Origin: Actinomycetota bacterium
GTDB lineage: Bacteria; Actinomycetota; Geothermincolia; Geothermincolales; RBG-13-55-18
Reading direction: 5' to 3'
DNA length: 64,000 bases
Assembly: GCA_040757835.1 (NCBI GenBank)
Contig: JBFLWJ010000003.1
Coordinates: forward strand, 146,960-210,959
The position numbers and the translations under genes were made by a program. Below the pieces are notes generated by a model. It did not search any database and was not told the origin of the DNA. It saw only the letters and a program-made list of their open reading frames with translations. This document shows positions 21,582 to 31,467 of this stretch, piece after piece. How positions within the stretch are numbered: position 1 is the first letter of the stretch; each line of letters opens with the position of its first letter.

Positions 21582-22049
21582 TTAGTGCGATTCCAGGAGT
21601 TCCTTGAGCTGCCTTACAGCCTTGCGCGAATTCCGCGTGAGCGCCCTGTTGATGAACAGCTTGTCCAGATATTTGAACCAGCCCGGCAGGTAGAAGACCA
21701 TCTCCCGTTCCCAGTGCGTACCGCCGGCCTCCGGCCGCAGGTCGTAGGTGATCTTCACCTTCTGCCCGTGGCGCTCGCTTTTCGCGCGGATGACCCAGCG
21801 GTGCGGCGCCTCGCGCTCCTCCACCTTCCAGGCGAACCTGTCCCGCGCCATGCCGAACCTCACGACCTCGACGATGGTCTCTCCCTCGAGGGCGGGATGA
21901 TCCACGTCACCGGAGACCGAGACCGTCGCCGGGTGCCATTTCACCCAGTTCGCGGCCGTGGTGATGAAGTCGAAAACCTCCTCGATGGAGCGGCCGATGT
22001 GGGTGGATACGGTCGCCGTTGACTTGATCGTGCTCATGTCCTCTCCCAT
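21582..22049 (-). CDS. SRPBCC-family protein (polyketide cyclase/dehydrase-like, Bet v1 fold)
   Basis: 155 aa; typical SRPBCC length with ...WVKWHP... tryptophan motif; high GC (native), starts just outside the islet's right repeat. Confidence 0.6.
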   Translation of the reverse strand: MGEDMSTIKSTATVSTHIGRSIEEVFDFITTAANWVKWHPATVSVSGDVDHPALEGETIVEVVRFGMARDRFAWKVEEREAPHRWVIRAKSERHGQKVKITYDLRPEAGGTHWEREMVFYLPGWFKYLDKLFINRALTRNSRKAVRQLKELLESH

Positions 22050-22100
22050 CTGCTCATCATGGCACGTGGATGGTCGCGGCGGTTTTCATGTCCCTGGCCT

Positions 22101-22727
22101 TTATCCGACAAGGTCGAAGAACCAGGCGGGTTCGCCCCGCTCCAGCAGGGAGCGCAGGCGCCGCAGGGCCTTGCCGCGGTGGCTGACGGCGTTCTTCTCC
22201 TCCATGGACAACTCCGCCATGGTCCTCTCGAGGCCTTCCGCGATGAAAACGGGGTCATACCCGAACCCCCGCTCTCCCCGGGGAACGGTGGTGATATGCC
22301 CCTCGCAGGTGTCCCTGACCTCCACGACCTCGCCCCCGGGCGAGGCCAGGACGAGGACGCAGACGAAGCGCGCACCCCGCGACCCGGTCTGTATTCCCTC
22401 CATCTCCCGCAGCACGCGGGCGATGTTGGCGGCGTCGTCCCCCTGCCTGCCGGCGTAGCGGGCGCTCAACACCCCCGGCCGGCCTCCCAGGGCCTCCACC
22501 TCCAGGCCGGAATCGTCCGCCAGGGCGGGGATGGCCGCCCAGCGCGCCAGGGTCAGGGCCTTGGAGGCGGCGTTCTCCTCGAAGGTATCCCCTTTCTCCT
22601 CCAGGTCGGGCCAGCCCGCGAGGTCGCCCGAGGTCACGACCCCGATGTCCAGCCCGGAGAGGACGGCCCGTATCTCCCCGATCTTGCCGCGGTTGCCCGT
22701 AGCCAGGACCAGGCGCCTCGCGCTCAA
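22101..22727 (-). CDS. rdgB: non-canonical purine NTP pyrophosphatase (RdgB/HAM1 family)
   Basis: [13 protein letters not shown]... FGYDPVF ... SHRG motifs; overlaps rph by 4 nt (conserved rph-rdgB pair). Confidence 0.9.
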   Translation of the reverse strand: MSARRLVLATGNRGKIGEIRAVLSGLDIGVVTSGDLAGWPDLEEKGDTFEENAASKALTLARWAAIPALADDSGLEVEALGGRPGVLSARYAGRQGDDAANIARVLREMEGIQTGSRGARFVCVLVLASPGGEVVEVRDTCEGHITTVPRGERGFGYDPVFIAEGLERTMAELSMEEKNAVSHRGKALRRLRSLLERGEPAWFFDLVG

Positions 22728-23476
22728 GCGTCCTCCCCGAGGGACGCGGTGCCGTCCGGGGCGAAAAGGGCCTTGTTCTGCAGCCAGGTCACCTGCTCGA
22801 TGCCGGCGCGGGCCAGCTCGAGCATGGCGTCCAGCTCGTCGCGGCTGAAGGCCCTCCTCTCGCCCGTCCCCTGCACTTCGATGATTTCGCCGCTGCCGGT
22901 CATGACCACGTTCATGTCGACCTCCGCCCCCGAGTCCTCATCGAAGTCCAGGTCCAGGAGGGGAGCGCCGGCCACGATACCCACGCTCATGGCCGCCACG
23001 GACCCGGTGAGCGGCACCTCCGGCAGCCTCTTCTCCTCCACCATGCGGCGGAAGGCGTCGTATAGGGCCACGTATGCGCCGTTGATGGCGGCGGTGCGGG
23101 TGCCCCCGTCGGCCTCAATGACATCGCAGTCCATCCACAGGGTGTATTCCTTGAGCGCCTCCAGGTCGGTCACCGCCCGCAGAGACCTGCCTATGAGCCG
23201 CTGTATCTCCAGTGTCCTGCCCCCCTGCCTGCCGGATACCGACTCGCGGTTCATCCTCTCCCGGGTGGAGCGCGGCAGCATGCCGTATTCGGCGGTCACC
23301 CATCCCCTGCCCGACCCCCGCAGGAACTGCGGCACTTTGAACTCCAGGGTGGCGGTGCAGATCACCCTGGTCCTGCCCATCTCCACGCAGGCCGAACCCT
23401 CGGCATGCAAGATATAATTGCGGGTTATCTTCATGCGGCGCAGCTCGTCCGCTTTCCTGCCGTCACGCCTGGACAT
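22724..23476 (-). CDS. rph: ribonuclease PH
   Basis: 250 aa; [10 protein letters not shown]..., [30 protein letters not shown] (RNase PH signature). Confidence 0.9.
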   Translation of the reverse strand: MSRRDGRKADELRRMKITRNYILHAEGSACVEMGRTRVICTATLEFKVPQFLRGSGRGWVTAEYGMLPRSTRERMNRESVSGRQGGRTLEIQRLIGRSLRAVTDLEALKEYTLWMDCDVIEADGGTRTAAINGAYVALYDAFRRMVEEKRLPEVPLTGSVAAMSVGIVAGAPLLDLDFDEDSGAEVDMNVVMTGSGEIIEVQGTGERRAFSRDELDAMLELARAGIEQVTWLQNKALFAPDGTASLGEDA

Positions 23477-23496
23477 CCGTCACACCTCCCTGCTGT

Positions 23497-24360
23497 TTAC
23501 CCCGCCGCTACCCGCAGGGGCAGCCGCACCCTCTCGACCTTCTCCACCTCGGGCCCCAGGAATATACGGCCCAGGCCGATGGCCTGCTCGATATCGCCGG
23601 AGCACATGAAGCGGTAAGAGGGTGGCACGGGGGAACCGCGCAGGTACCCCCTGCGCACCAGGTTCTCCTCCACTTCCCTGGCCACCTCCTCGTCCGAGCT
23701 GATCAGGCTCACGCCGCCCCCGGCCTCCTCGCCGATCACCCCGCTGATGAGCGGGTAGTGGGTACACCCCAGGATGAGGGTATCCACGCCGCGCCTCAAG
23801 AGGGGGGCGAGGTAGCGGCGCACCTCCTCCCGCACCCCCGGGCCCTCGACCTCGCCCCTCTCCACGAAGTCCACCAGCGAGGGGCAGGCACGCGAGTGCA
23901 CCTTGGCCCCGGCGTCCAGGGCGTGGATTGCCTTGAGGTAGGCGCGGCTGGATATGGTGGCCTGGGTGCCGATGACCCCGATGCGGCGGTTGTGGGTGGC
24001 CTGCACCGCCCCCCGCGCCCCCGGCTCCAGCACCCCCAGCACCGGCACACGGCACCTGCGCTGCACCTCCAGCAGCCCGGCGGAGGTGGCGGAATTGCAG
24101 GCGATGACGATGAGCTTAACCCCCAGGTCCTCCAGGAAGACGGCTATCTCCAGGGCGAATTCGCGGATCTCCCTGAGGTCTCGGGGGCCGTAGGGCCCAC
24201 GAGCGTTGTCCCCGAAATAGCAGATGGACTCGTACGGAAGCCTCCGCATCACGGCCTTCATCACCGTTAGGCCGCCCACGCCGGAGTCGAATATACCGAT
24301 GGGAGCGTCGTTCAAGCCTTCCTTCCTCCTCTTCTCCGCCCGCTCCACGGGGGCGGACAT
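23497..24360 (-). CDS. murI: glutamate racemase
   Basis: IGIFDSGVGGLTV, VIACNSATS, LILGCTHYPL (two catalytic Cys motifs). Confidence 0.9.
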   Translation of the reverse strand: MSAPVERAEKRRKEGLNDAPIGIFDSGVGGLTVMKAVMRRLPYESICYFGDNARGPYGPRDLREIREFALEIAVFLEDLGVKLIVIACNSATSAGLLEVQRRCRVPVLGVLEPGARGAVQATHNRRIGVIGTQATISSRAYLKAIHALDAGAKVHSRACPSLVDFVERGEVEGPGVREEVRRYLAPLLRRGVDTLILGCTHYPLISGVIGEEAGGGVSLISSDEEVAREVEENLVRRGYLRGSPVPPSYRFMCSGDIEQAIGLGRIFLGPEVEKVERVRLPLRVAAG

Positions 24361-24531
24361 ATTGACTTACTCCTCACGACCGAAACATCATTAGATTCTA
24401 GCACACCCCCGCCGGTCTGCTGGCGCGCCCGGTCCGGGGAGAGTGCCGGCATTGACCTTCATACAATATGGGCATAAGATGTTCAATAGCGGTGGACCAC
24501 AAGGGACCGGGGAGAGAAAACGAGGGAGGAC

Positions 24532-24942
24532 GTGATGAGGGACTACCTTATGAACAGGCTGCGGCGCCTCGCGCCCATATTGATCGAGCCGGTGGACGGG
24601 CTTCCCCCCGCCGACCCGGACGACGTGATAGAGTTCAGCCGGGAGTTCCTGCAGGCGGGCACCCCCGCCTTCCGCGCCATCTTCTACACCTTGATGTTCG
24701 TACTGCAGGCCCTCTGTTTCGTAACGCGCCGCAAGTCGATCTACGCGCTACCTCCCGATGAGGCCGACGAGTTCATACAATCCCTCTACTCCCACCGTGT
24801 ATCCGCGCTCAGCGCCATACCCACCGTCCTCGGCACCCCCGTTTACATGGCCCACTACAACCGTGACGATATGCAGGCGCCGCTGGGATTCGACGTCCTT
24901 GCCTTGCGCGAGGAAGCAGCGAAGCGGGGGGTGCAGCGATGA
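24532..24942 (+). CDS. hypothetical protein, translationally coupled (ATGA) to downstream GMC oxidoreductase
   Basis: 136 aa; stop overlaps the start of the next gene at 24939-24942; possible small accessory subunit. Confidence 0.5.
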   Translation: MMRDYLMNRLRRLAPILIEPVDGLPPADPDDVIEFSREFLQAGTPAFRAIFYTLMFVLQALCFVTRRKSIYALPPDEADEFIQSLYSHRVSALSAIPTVLGTPVYMAHYNRDDMQAPLGFDVLALREEAAKRGVQR

Positions 24943-26567
24943 TCATCACACCGGAGGAGCTGACGGGCAACATCAGGCGCGGGGCCGACGTGGTCATCAT
25001 CGGCTCCGGTGCCGGCGGAGGCCCCATCGCCAAGGAGATGGCGGAGGCTGGATACAGCGTCGTGGTGCTGGAGGAAGGCGGCTACTTCACGCGTGAAGAC
25101 TTCGATTTCAGGCCCGGGCAGGCGTTCACGCGCCTTTACCGGGACGCCAGCCAGACCGTCACCCTGGGCCTTCCCGTCATCGTCGTGCCCCAGGGCAAGA
25201 CGGTGGGCGGCACCACCACCATCAACTCCGGGACCTGCCTGCGCGTGCCCCGCCACGTGCTCAAGCGCTGGCACCTCGAATGCGGGCTCAGGGACCTCAC
25301 CGAGGATGAGATGAACCTCCTGTATAGCGCGGTCGAGGAGTACCTCTTCGTCAAGCGCGCCGATCCCGAGGTGGCAGGGAAGAACAACCTCACCTTCCTG
25401 CGCGCCGCCGAGAAGCTCGGCTACTCCGGCGGCTTTCTCCCGCGCAACGCCAAGGACTGCGAGGGCTACGGCGTGTGCGCGTACGGCTGCCCCTCCGGAG
25501 CGAAGCAGAGCGTCAACGTCTCCTACATCCCCGATGCGGTGAAGGCCGGCGCCGACGTGTACACGCGCTGCCGTGCCGAACACATCGTGGTCAGGAACGG
25601 TAAAGCCACCGGGGTACGCGGCCACTTCCTCGACCCGCGCAGCGGCCGCAAGACCTACCGCATGGAAGTGGAGGCACCGGTGGTTGTGCTCGCGGGCGGG
25701 GCCATCCAGACGCCCTCGCTGCTCATGCACAACCGCATCTGCCTTTCGTCTGGCAGGGTCGGCAGGAACCTCTCGATCCACCCCTGCGGCGCCGCCATGG
25801 CCCTCATGGACGAACCGATGGAGAACCCCAAGGGCATACCCCAGAGCACCTACGTGGACGAGTTCGCGGCGGACGGGATCATGCTCGAGGGGGTCAACCT
25901 CCCGCCCGCGGTGACGGCCATCACCCTGCCCTGGGGAGGAAGGCGCCATGCGGAGACCATGAGCAGGTATCCTTACCTGGGCTATTTCGGCTCCATGATC
26001 AGCGAGCACGATTCCGCGGGAAAGGTCGTCGCGGGGCCCTCGGCGCGCCAGCCCTTGATCTTCTACAACATGGGACGCGGGGACATGGAGAGGGTGAAGC
26101 GCTCGGTGCTGCTCATGGCGGAGATCTGGTTCGCGGCGGGGGCCAGGCGCGTCTACACCCCAATCGACGGTTTCAAGGAGCTGTCCGGCCCGCGCGACGT
26201 GAGCAGGCTCGCCCGCACCCACCTCAAGCGGGCCAGCGTCTACGGCCTCACCGCCTATCACCCCATGGGCACCTGCAGCATGGGCGCGGACCCCTATCAC
26301 TCCGTGGTCAGGAGTTCCGGCGAGACCTGGGAGGTCGAGAACCTCTTCATATGCGACGCCAGTGTGCTGCCGACGTCCCTGGGGGTCAATCCGCAACTGA
26401 CCATCATGTCCCTGGCCCTGCGCACCGCCGGCTTCATCGACGACCGCCTGAACGAGGCGTCCGCCCCGAGGGAAAGCGCCGGCCGTCTCGACCGTCTGCG
26501 CAGCCGCCTGCGCCGGGAAAAAGAGACCCGGGCGCGCCACGCCGACCAAGAGGTTGGGTTATTATAA
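24939..26567 (+). CDS. GMC-family FAD-dependent oxidoreductase
   Basis: N-terminal ADVVIIGSGAGGGPIAKEMAEAGYSVVVLEEGG (FAD Rossmann) and C-terminal GMC region (...HPMGTCSMG...). Confidence 0.85.
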   Translation: MIITPEELTGNIRRGADVVIIGSGAGGGPIAKEMAEAGYSVVVLEEGGYFTREDFDFRPGQAFTRLYRDASQTVTLGLPVIVVPQGKTVGGTTTINSGTCLRVPRHVLKRWHLECGLRDLTEDEMNLLYSAVEEYLFVKRADPEVAGKNNLTFLRAAEKLGYSGGFLPRNAKDCEGYGVCAYGCPSGAKQSVNVSYIPDAVKAGADVYTRCRAEHIVVRNGKATGVRGHFLDPRSGRKTYRMEVEAPVVVLAGGAIQTPSLLMHNRICLSSGRVGRNLSIHPCGAAMALMDEPMENPKGIPQSTYVDEFAADGIMLEGVNLPPAVTAITLPWGGRRHAETMSRYPYLGYFGSMISEHDSAGKVVAGPSARQPLIFYNMGRGDMERVKRSVLLMAEIWFAAGARRVYTPIDGFKELSGPRDVSRLARTHLKRASVYGLTAYHPMGTCSMGADPYHSVVRSSGETWEVENLFICDASVLPTSLGVNPQLTIMSLALRTAGFIDDRLNEASAPRESAGRLDRLRSRLRREKETRARHADQEVGLL

Positions 26568-26600
26568 GTCCTACGCCGGTGGCCGGCGATGCGTAGCGCT

Positions 26601-26624
26601 GGGGCCAGCATTTATACTGGCCCC
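26601..26624. terminator. bidirectional hairpin between convergent genes
   Basis: GGGGCCAG-CATTTATA-CTGGCCCC between the GMC oxidoreductase (+) stop and the MBL hydrolase (-) stop. Confidence 0.5.
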
Positions 26625-26707
26625 AGTCGCCGTTACATGTGTATTGCGTTGGACCTATGGATCCCCAAACGGCATAGCAGATCCGAACTTCCAGGGCCGA
26701 GGTTGGA

Positions 26708-27433
26708 TCAAGAAGCGAGGGACGAGTTGAGCGGCCAGATCTTCCCTTCTTCGAGGAGCTTGCGGTAGCGGTCCCCTGCGCCCGATGGGATGACCCTGCC
26801 GTGGCCCGGCAGCAGCACCTCGAAGTCCAGCGAAGACAACCTCCGCAGTGAGCGGCAGGCCGCGGGCTCGTCGGGGGTGTAATGGGGAGGCGGGCCCTCG
26901 AGCACGCCCCGCTCGTTGCGCACCAGGTCGCCGCTGAACAGCAGGCCCTGAGCGGCGCCGTAAAGGCATACGCTGCCGGGGGAATGGCCCGGCGTATGCA
27001 GGACCTCAAGACCCCCCAGAAGATCTATGGTCTCCCCTTCCTCCAGGTAGCGGTCGGTCTGGAAGTGGCGGTAGCGGAAGAGGGGCCAGAGCGCGGTATA
27101 GAAGAGCAGCGTGGCGAAGGGCACCTCGGTGGTCTCCTGGGGTATCCGGCCGCCGGCGTAACCTCCGTCTTCGGGGTGCATGGCGGCTTTCGTCCCGTAC
27201 CTGCGGCGCATGCCCGCCACGGTGCCCGTGTGGTCGCCGTGATAGTGGGTGGCGATGACCAGGTCGATATCCTTCGGCGTTGCCTTCAGCGCCTTCAGGC
27301 CCAGGTGGATGACCGGCAGGTCCATGGGGAAACCGCCGTCCACAAGGACCATCCCGCCGTCGGTTATCACGTAAATATTGGAACCGAAGGACCCCCTGAT
27401 GCGGTAGAGGTCCCGCTTTATCTTCGCCAGCAT
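26708..27433 (-). CDS. MBL-fold metallo-hydrolase
   Basis: ATHYHGDHTG (HxHxDH motif); additional His/Asp ligands; 241 aa. Confidence 0.85.
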   Translation of the reverse strand: MLAKIKRDLYRIRGSFGSNIYVITDGGMVLVDGGFPMDLPVIHLGLKALKATPKDIDLVIATHYHGDHTGTVAGMRRRYGTKAAMHPEDGGYAGGRIPQETTEVPFATLLFYTALWPLFRYRHFQTDRYLEEGETIDLLGGLEVLHTPGHSPGSVCLYGAAQGLLFSGDLVRNERGVLEGPPPHYTPDEPAACRSLRRLSSLDFEVLLPGHGRVIPSGAGDRYRKLLEEGKIWPLNSSLAS

Positions 27434-27495
27434 ATGGATTCTCCCGTGTCGCGGATCCGCCTGTTCCTACGGCGTATAGCATAGCACTCCGGGCA

Positions 27496-27527
27496 AGAAA
27501 AAAGGGGGCGCGGCGATCCGCGCCCCC
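27496..27527 (-). terminator. rho-independent terminator of the HAMP-domain membrane protein gene
   Basis: Minus strand: GGGGGCGCGGATCGCCGCGCCCCC followed by TTTTTTCTTG. Confidence 0.7.
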
Positions 27528-27542
27528 GTGAGAAGAGCGGTG

Positions 27543-28397
27543 TTAGTCGTCGCCCTGGGCTTCCTCCATCTTCTCCATTAATACCTTGCCGCTCTGCAGC
27601 AGCCTCTGGATGTCCGCGTAGTCGCTCTCCTCCACCACTTCCACCTGGCCTCGGAATGTCCCTTCCATGATGGAATGGGCGTCGGTGGAGAGCTTCTCGA
27701 TGGGGGCGGTGATATAGCGGCGGGTGAGGAAATAGACCCCCAGGGTCGTAAGGAGCGCCGCGACCGCCACGGCCACTATCCCTATGATGATCTGGCGCGT
27801 TATAAGGTCGGACTTTTCGTCGGCGTAGAAGTCCCGCATGGCCTCGAACTGCTTTGTGCGGTCCACGGCGAGGCTGACGAACTCGTCCTCCGCGAGGGGG
27901 CTGAGATCGGTTGGCTGGAAGACCACGACGAAAGTCCCCTGCCTGCCGCCAAGTTCCTCGAGCACTTCGAATTCATCCGCGGGCATCTCGGTAGGGAATT
28001 CCGTGATCTCAACTCCTTCTTTCGTGCTGGAGGAGAGGACCATCCCACCAGATACATAAGCGAGATAGTCCGCGGCGAACTGGGCCCGCTGTACCTCGGT
28101 CAGGAACTGCAATAGCTTGAGTTGATCGCTTATATCCCTGCTGTAGAGAAGCTCCGGGTTGAGTATGCCCTCCATCAGCTCAGGATTGGAGCCCGTCGCC
28201 GCGGTTTCGCTGAGCGACTCTTTCATGTAGTCGACCAGCTGAAGTGTGACCCTTTCCTCCTCTTTCTCCATCTCCCTGTTTATGCGCGAGATGGAATCCA
28301 GGGAAGTGAATACGATCACTATGACGATGAGCAAGACCACCAGGGCCGAGATGGCTATGAGGAATTTCCGCATCTCGTGACCACGCTGCGCTGACAT
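27543..28397 (-). CDS. two-TM membrane protein with extracytoplasmic domain and C-terminal HAMP-like domain, no output domain
   Basis: TM1 KFLIAISALVVLLIVIVIVF; ~170-aa acidic loop; TM2 IIIGIVAVAVAALLTTLGVYFL followed by RRYITAPIEKLSTDAHSIMEGTFRGQVEVVEESDYADIQRLLQSGKVLMEKM (HAMP-like). Start may be Met9. Confidence 0.6.
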   Translation of the reverse strand: MSAQRGHEMRKFLIAISALVVLLIVIVIVFTSLDSISRINREMEKEEERVTLQLVDYMKESLSETAATGSNPELMEGILNPELLYSRDISDQLKLLQFLTEVQRAQFAADYLAYVSGGMVLSSSTKEGVEITEFPTEMPADEFEVLEELGGRQGTFVVVFQPTDLSPLAEDEFVSLAVDRTKQFEAMRDFYADEKSDLITRQIIIGIVAVAVAALLTTLGVYFLTRRYITAPIEKLSTDAHSIMEGTFRGQVEVVEESDYADIQRLLQSGKVLMEKMEEAQGDD

Positions 28398-28688
28398 CGC
28401 CCCACCTCCAGGCGTTTATCCGATCTCTGTTACTGGCTTCTGCCTGACATCAGCGGGCGGACCCAACCGTCGGTGCAGGTTGCGTCAGCTCGCTAACTTT
28501 ATTATCGGTGCATGTTTCAAAGTGCACCAGACAATCCGCGCGGTTTCTGTTTTTCCCGGTCCGCAGGCGCCATGGCATGGCACACAGCCTGCATGGACAC
28601 GTTTGGGGAGACGTCTCCCGGGGCTACCGGGCGCGTTTTATGCGCTGTTGCGGCTTGAGGTATGATAATGCTGCCGGAGGAGGAGATC

Positions 28689-29162
28689 ATGGGCAGAGTG
28701 AAGACCCTGGCTGAGAACCGCAAGGCCAGGCACGACTACCACATAGAAGAGAAGTTCGAGGCGGGCCTGGCCCTTCTGGGTTCCGAGGTCAAGTCCATCC
28801 GCGAGGGCAGGGCCAACCTTCGCGACAGCTTCGCCCGGCTGCGGGGAGGCGAGCTGTTCATCGAGAACATGCACATCGCCCCCTACAGCCACGGCGGCGC
28901 CTTCAACCACGAACCCCTGCGCGAGAAGAAGGTCCTCCTGCACAGACAGGAGATACAACGGCTTACCGGAAAGGTCGCCGAGAAGGGCTATACCCTGGTC
29001 CCGCTCAGCCTCTACCTGAACGAGAGGGGCAAGATAAAGGTCGAGCTGGGCCTGGCCCGCGGCAAGGCCCAGGCCGACCGGCGCCGCGACATCATGGAGA
29101 GGGAGGCCCGCCGCGACATGGAGAGGATGATGAAATCCAGCGGCAGAAGGCGCGAAGAGTGA
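28689..29162 (+). CDS. smpB: SsrA-binding protein SmpB
   Basis: MGRVKTLAENRKARHDYHIEEKFEAGLALLGSEVKSIR...; GGAGGAGG SD before this ATG (ORF-track start 28662 is upstream in-frame). Confidence 0.9.
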   Translation: MGRVKTLAENRKARHDYHIEEKFEAGLALLGSEVKSIREGRANLRDSFARLRGGELFIENMHIAPYSHGGAFNHEPLREKKVLLHRQEIQRLTGKVAEKGYTLVPLSLYLNERGKIKVELGLARGKAQADRRRDIMEREARRDMERMMKSSGRRREE

Positions 29163-29205
29163 TAGAATCTAGTTGGGACTTCATTCCCACGCACTTTGAA
29201 AATCT

Positions 29206-29550
29206 GGGGGCGAAACGGCTTCGACAGGGATCGGCGGACAGCGCGGGAGCGAGCCGGGGGCCCGAGCCTCGTCAGCAATCGGGAAAACAAAATAAACGCT
29301 GACAGCGAGTTAGCACTGGCTGCGTAAGCGGCCCGTCCCTCTCCGGGGGGCCCGCGACCGGGGAAGGGGCGTCATGCAGCGGGATCACCGAGGCCCCACT
29401 CCCGTTAAGGCCGAGGGACAGCTTTCCGGGATAGCCGACGGCAGGCCTTTCGCCGGGCGCGCCGGCGGTGAAAAATAAGCGGCGAATACGCTCGTAGAGC
29501 CCACCTGGCCGGGTTTCTGGACGGGGGTTCGACTCCCCCCGCCTCCACCA
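29206..29550 (+). ncRNA. ssrA: tmRNA (ssrA)
   Basis: 5' GGGGGCGAAACGGCTTCGACAGGG pairs with 3' ...GGACGGGGGTTCGACTCCCCCCGCCTCCACCA (tRNA-like domain, T-arm GGTTCGACTCC). Internal tag ORF ...GCT GAC AGC GAG TTA GCA CTG GCT GCG TAA (...ADSELALAA*). Confidence 0.9.
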
Positions 29551-29586
29551 TTTTGATAAGACCGACAGATCCGTTCACCGTAGGTT

Positions 29587-29610
29587 GGGGTCAGGATTTT
29601 TCCTGACCCC
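29587..29610 (+). terminator. hairpin downstream of tmRNA built from the GGGGTCAGG motif
   Basis: GGGGTCAGG-ATTTTT-CCTGACCCC; weak downstream U-tract. Confidence 0.5.
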
Positions 29611-29691
29611 ACTTGCCATTACCAAAGGCCAGCGTAAGCACGCAGCTGTCGTTTCGTTATCCGTTCAGCATTGATGACGTCAGGAGGCCCT

Positions 29692-29880
29692 ATGCTGAAG
29701 TTCATCGAGGTCGTCGGGAGTTCGCCACTGGGCTATTCGGAGGCGGTCAGGGAAGCCGTGGAAGCCCTCATCGCCAGGGGCGAGGTAGTGCATTTCTTTC
29801 AGGTCGTGGAGGAGAGGGGCTCGGTCAGAGACGGCGAGATCAAGGAGTTCCAGGTCGTCCTCAAAGTGGCCGTCGAGTAG
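29692..29880 (+). CDS. dodecin family flavin-binding protein
   Basis: ~62 aa from Met (MLKFIEVVGSSPLGYSEAVREAVE...HFFQVVEERGSV...EFQVVLKVAVE), typical dodecin length and pattern. Confidence 0.7.
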   Translation: MLKFIEVVGSSPLGYSEAVREAVEALIARGEVVHFFQVVEERGSVRDGEIKEFQVVLKVAVE

Positions 29881-30129
29881 CGAGCCGACCGCGCATCGCA
29901 ATGCCGAAACCTCACAGCCGCCCGTCCGGGTGCCGTCTATATAAAACCATCCGACCCTGGAGCTCGCGCGTTCAGGCAACTCCTTCAGTAAAATCCCTGG
30001 CCCGAGATCCGGGGGTCGGTCTGAAGCGATTTTCGCGAGCAGTATATACGGACGAGGGCTCAGATCAGGATATGTGGACTGCGAGTGTTTCGCGAAGACC
30101 GTTACCCCCGGGCTTAGGCCGGTAAAGAA

Positions 30130-31434
30130 CTAAAGGCCGGCCTGGGCGAGCTCCAGGGCCTTCTCCAACTGCAGGTCCTCATCGCCCATGACCGGGTTCT
30201 TCACCAGCTCGTCAGGGGTTATGCCCTCGTCGTCGATGCTGGCACCGCTGGGCGTGTAGTAGCGGGCGATGGTCAGCCTGAGGCCGCTGCCGTCGGGCTG
30301 CCGGAATATCTTCTGGATGGACCCCTTGCCGAAGGTGGTCTCCCCCACCAGGATGCAGCGCCCGTTCTCACGCAACGCCGCGGCGAATATCTCCGACGAG
30401 CTGGCGCTGCCGCGGTCCACCAGGATGATCACCGGCAGGTCCCACTCCACCTCGCCGTCGGCCGTGTACTCTTTGGTGGCGCCGGCGATGCGCCCCCGGG
30501 ACGATACGATTATCCCGTCGCGCAGGAACATGTCGGCGGCCTTGATGGCGGGCTCCATGTACCCTCCGGGATTGGACCTTAGGTCGATGATGAGGGAATC
30601 GGCGCCCTGGCTTTTCAGCTGCGCCAGGGCCTCGGATATCCGGACGTCCACGTCCTCCGTCCAGTCGGTCAGCTGAAGGTATCCCACTCCCCCCTCCTTC
30701 ATCTCCATCTCGACCACGGGTATCTCTATCTCCCGCCGCACGATGTCGTAGTAGATGAGGTCCGAGGAGGGCGGCCTGACCAGTCCCAGCCTCACCGTGG
30801 TGCCCTCCGGGCCCCTGATCATCGAGACCACCTCATCGAGCTGCATGCCGGTTATGTCCTGGCCGTCCACCTCTTTGACGATGTCCCCCTCCTGCAGCCC
30901 TACCTCCTGGGCCGGCGTGCCCTCCAGCACCCTCACCACCCGGACCTCGTTCTTCACCATATCCATCGCCACCCCGATGCCGGAAAGGCGGCCGGAGAGC
31001 TGGGTATCGAGTATGGTCAGCTCCTCCTCGCTCATGAAGGAGGAGTGGGGATCGTCCAGGAAGTCGATCATCGCAGTTATGCCCCGGTCCACCAGGACAT
31101 CATCGTCCTCCCCCTCGTCAGCCATGCGCTCGATGCCGCGTGCACCGGCGTACAGCAGGTCGTTTCCGTCCACCTCGTCGACGTAGTTCGTCTCCACGAT
31201 GTCCTGCGCATCGCTGAAGGAGGAGTTGTTCTCGAGGAACTCCTCGAGTTCCCGCGTTTCTCCGTCCGGCTGCGCGGAAGGCGCTGACCCGTTATCGTCC
31301 GAGGAGGAGGAATCGTTCGTAAGGAGGTAGGGGACGGCGAAACAGGCGCCTACCAGGAGCAGGGAGAGCACGACCGCAACGATGATGATGGTGCGGTCCC
31401 GCCGGGCCCTGGGGTCTTGCGTTGGGTATGCCAT
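30130..31434 (-). CDS. ctpA: S41-family C-terminal processing peptidase with PDZ domain
   Basis: 434 aa; N-terminal TM, PDZ (GLQEGDIVKEVDGQDI), S41 core (GGVGYLQL... / ...SASSSEIFAAAL). Downstream of ftsEX. Confidence 0.85.
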   Translation of the reverse strand: MAYPTQDPRARRDRTIIIVAVVLSLLLVGACFAVPYLLTNDSSSSDDNGSAPSAQPDGETRELEEFLENNSSFSDAQDIVETNYVDEVDGNDLLYAGARGIERMADEGEDDDVLVDRGITAMIDFLDDPHSSFMSEEELTILDTQLSGRLSGIGVAMDMVKNEVRVVRVLEGTPAQEVGLQEGDIVKEVDGQDITGMQLDEVVSMIRGPEGTTVRLGLVRPPSSDLIYYDIVRREIEIPVVEMEMKEGGVGYLQLTDWTEDVDVRISEALAQLKSQGADSLIIDLRSNPGGYMEPAIKAADMFLRDGIIVSSRGRIAGATKEYTADGEVEWDLPVIILVDRGSASSSEIFAAALRENGRCILVGETTFGKGSIQKIFRQPDGSGLRLTIARYYTPSGASIDDEGITPDELVKNPVMGDEDLQLEKALELAQAGL

Positions 31435-31467
31435 TTCCTGACCGCCCCGGCGCGCGCGCCCCGCGGG

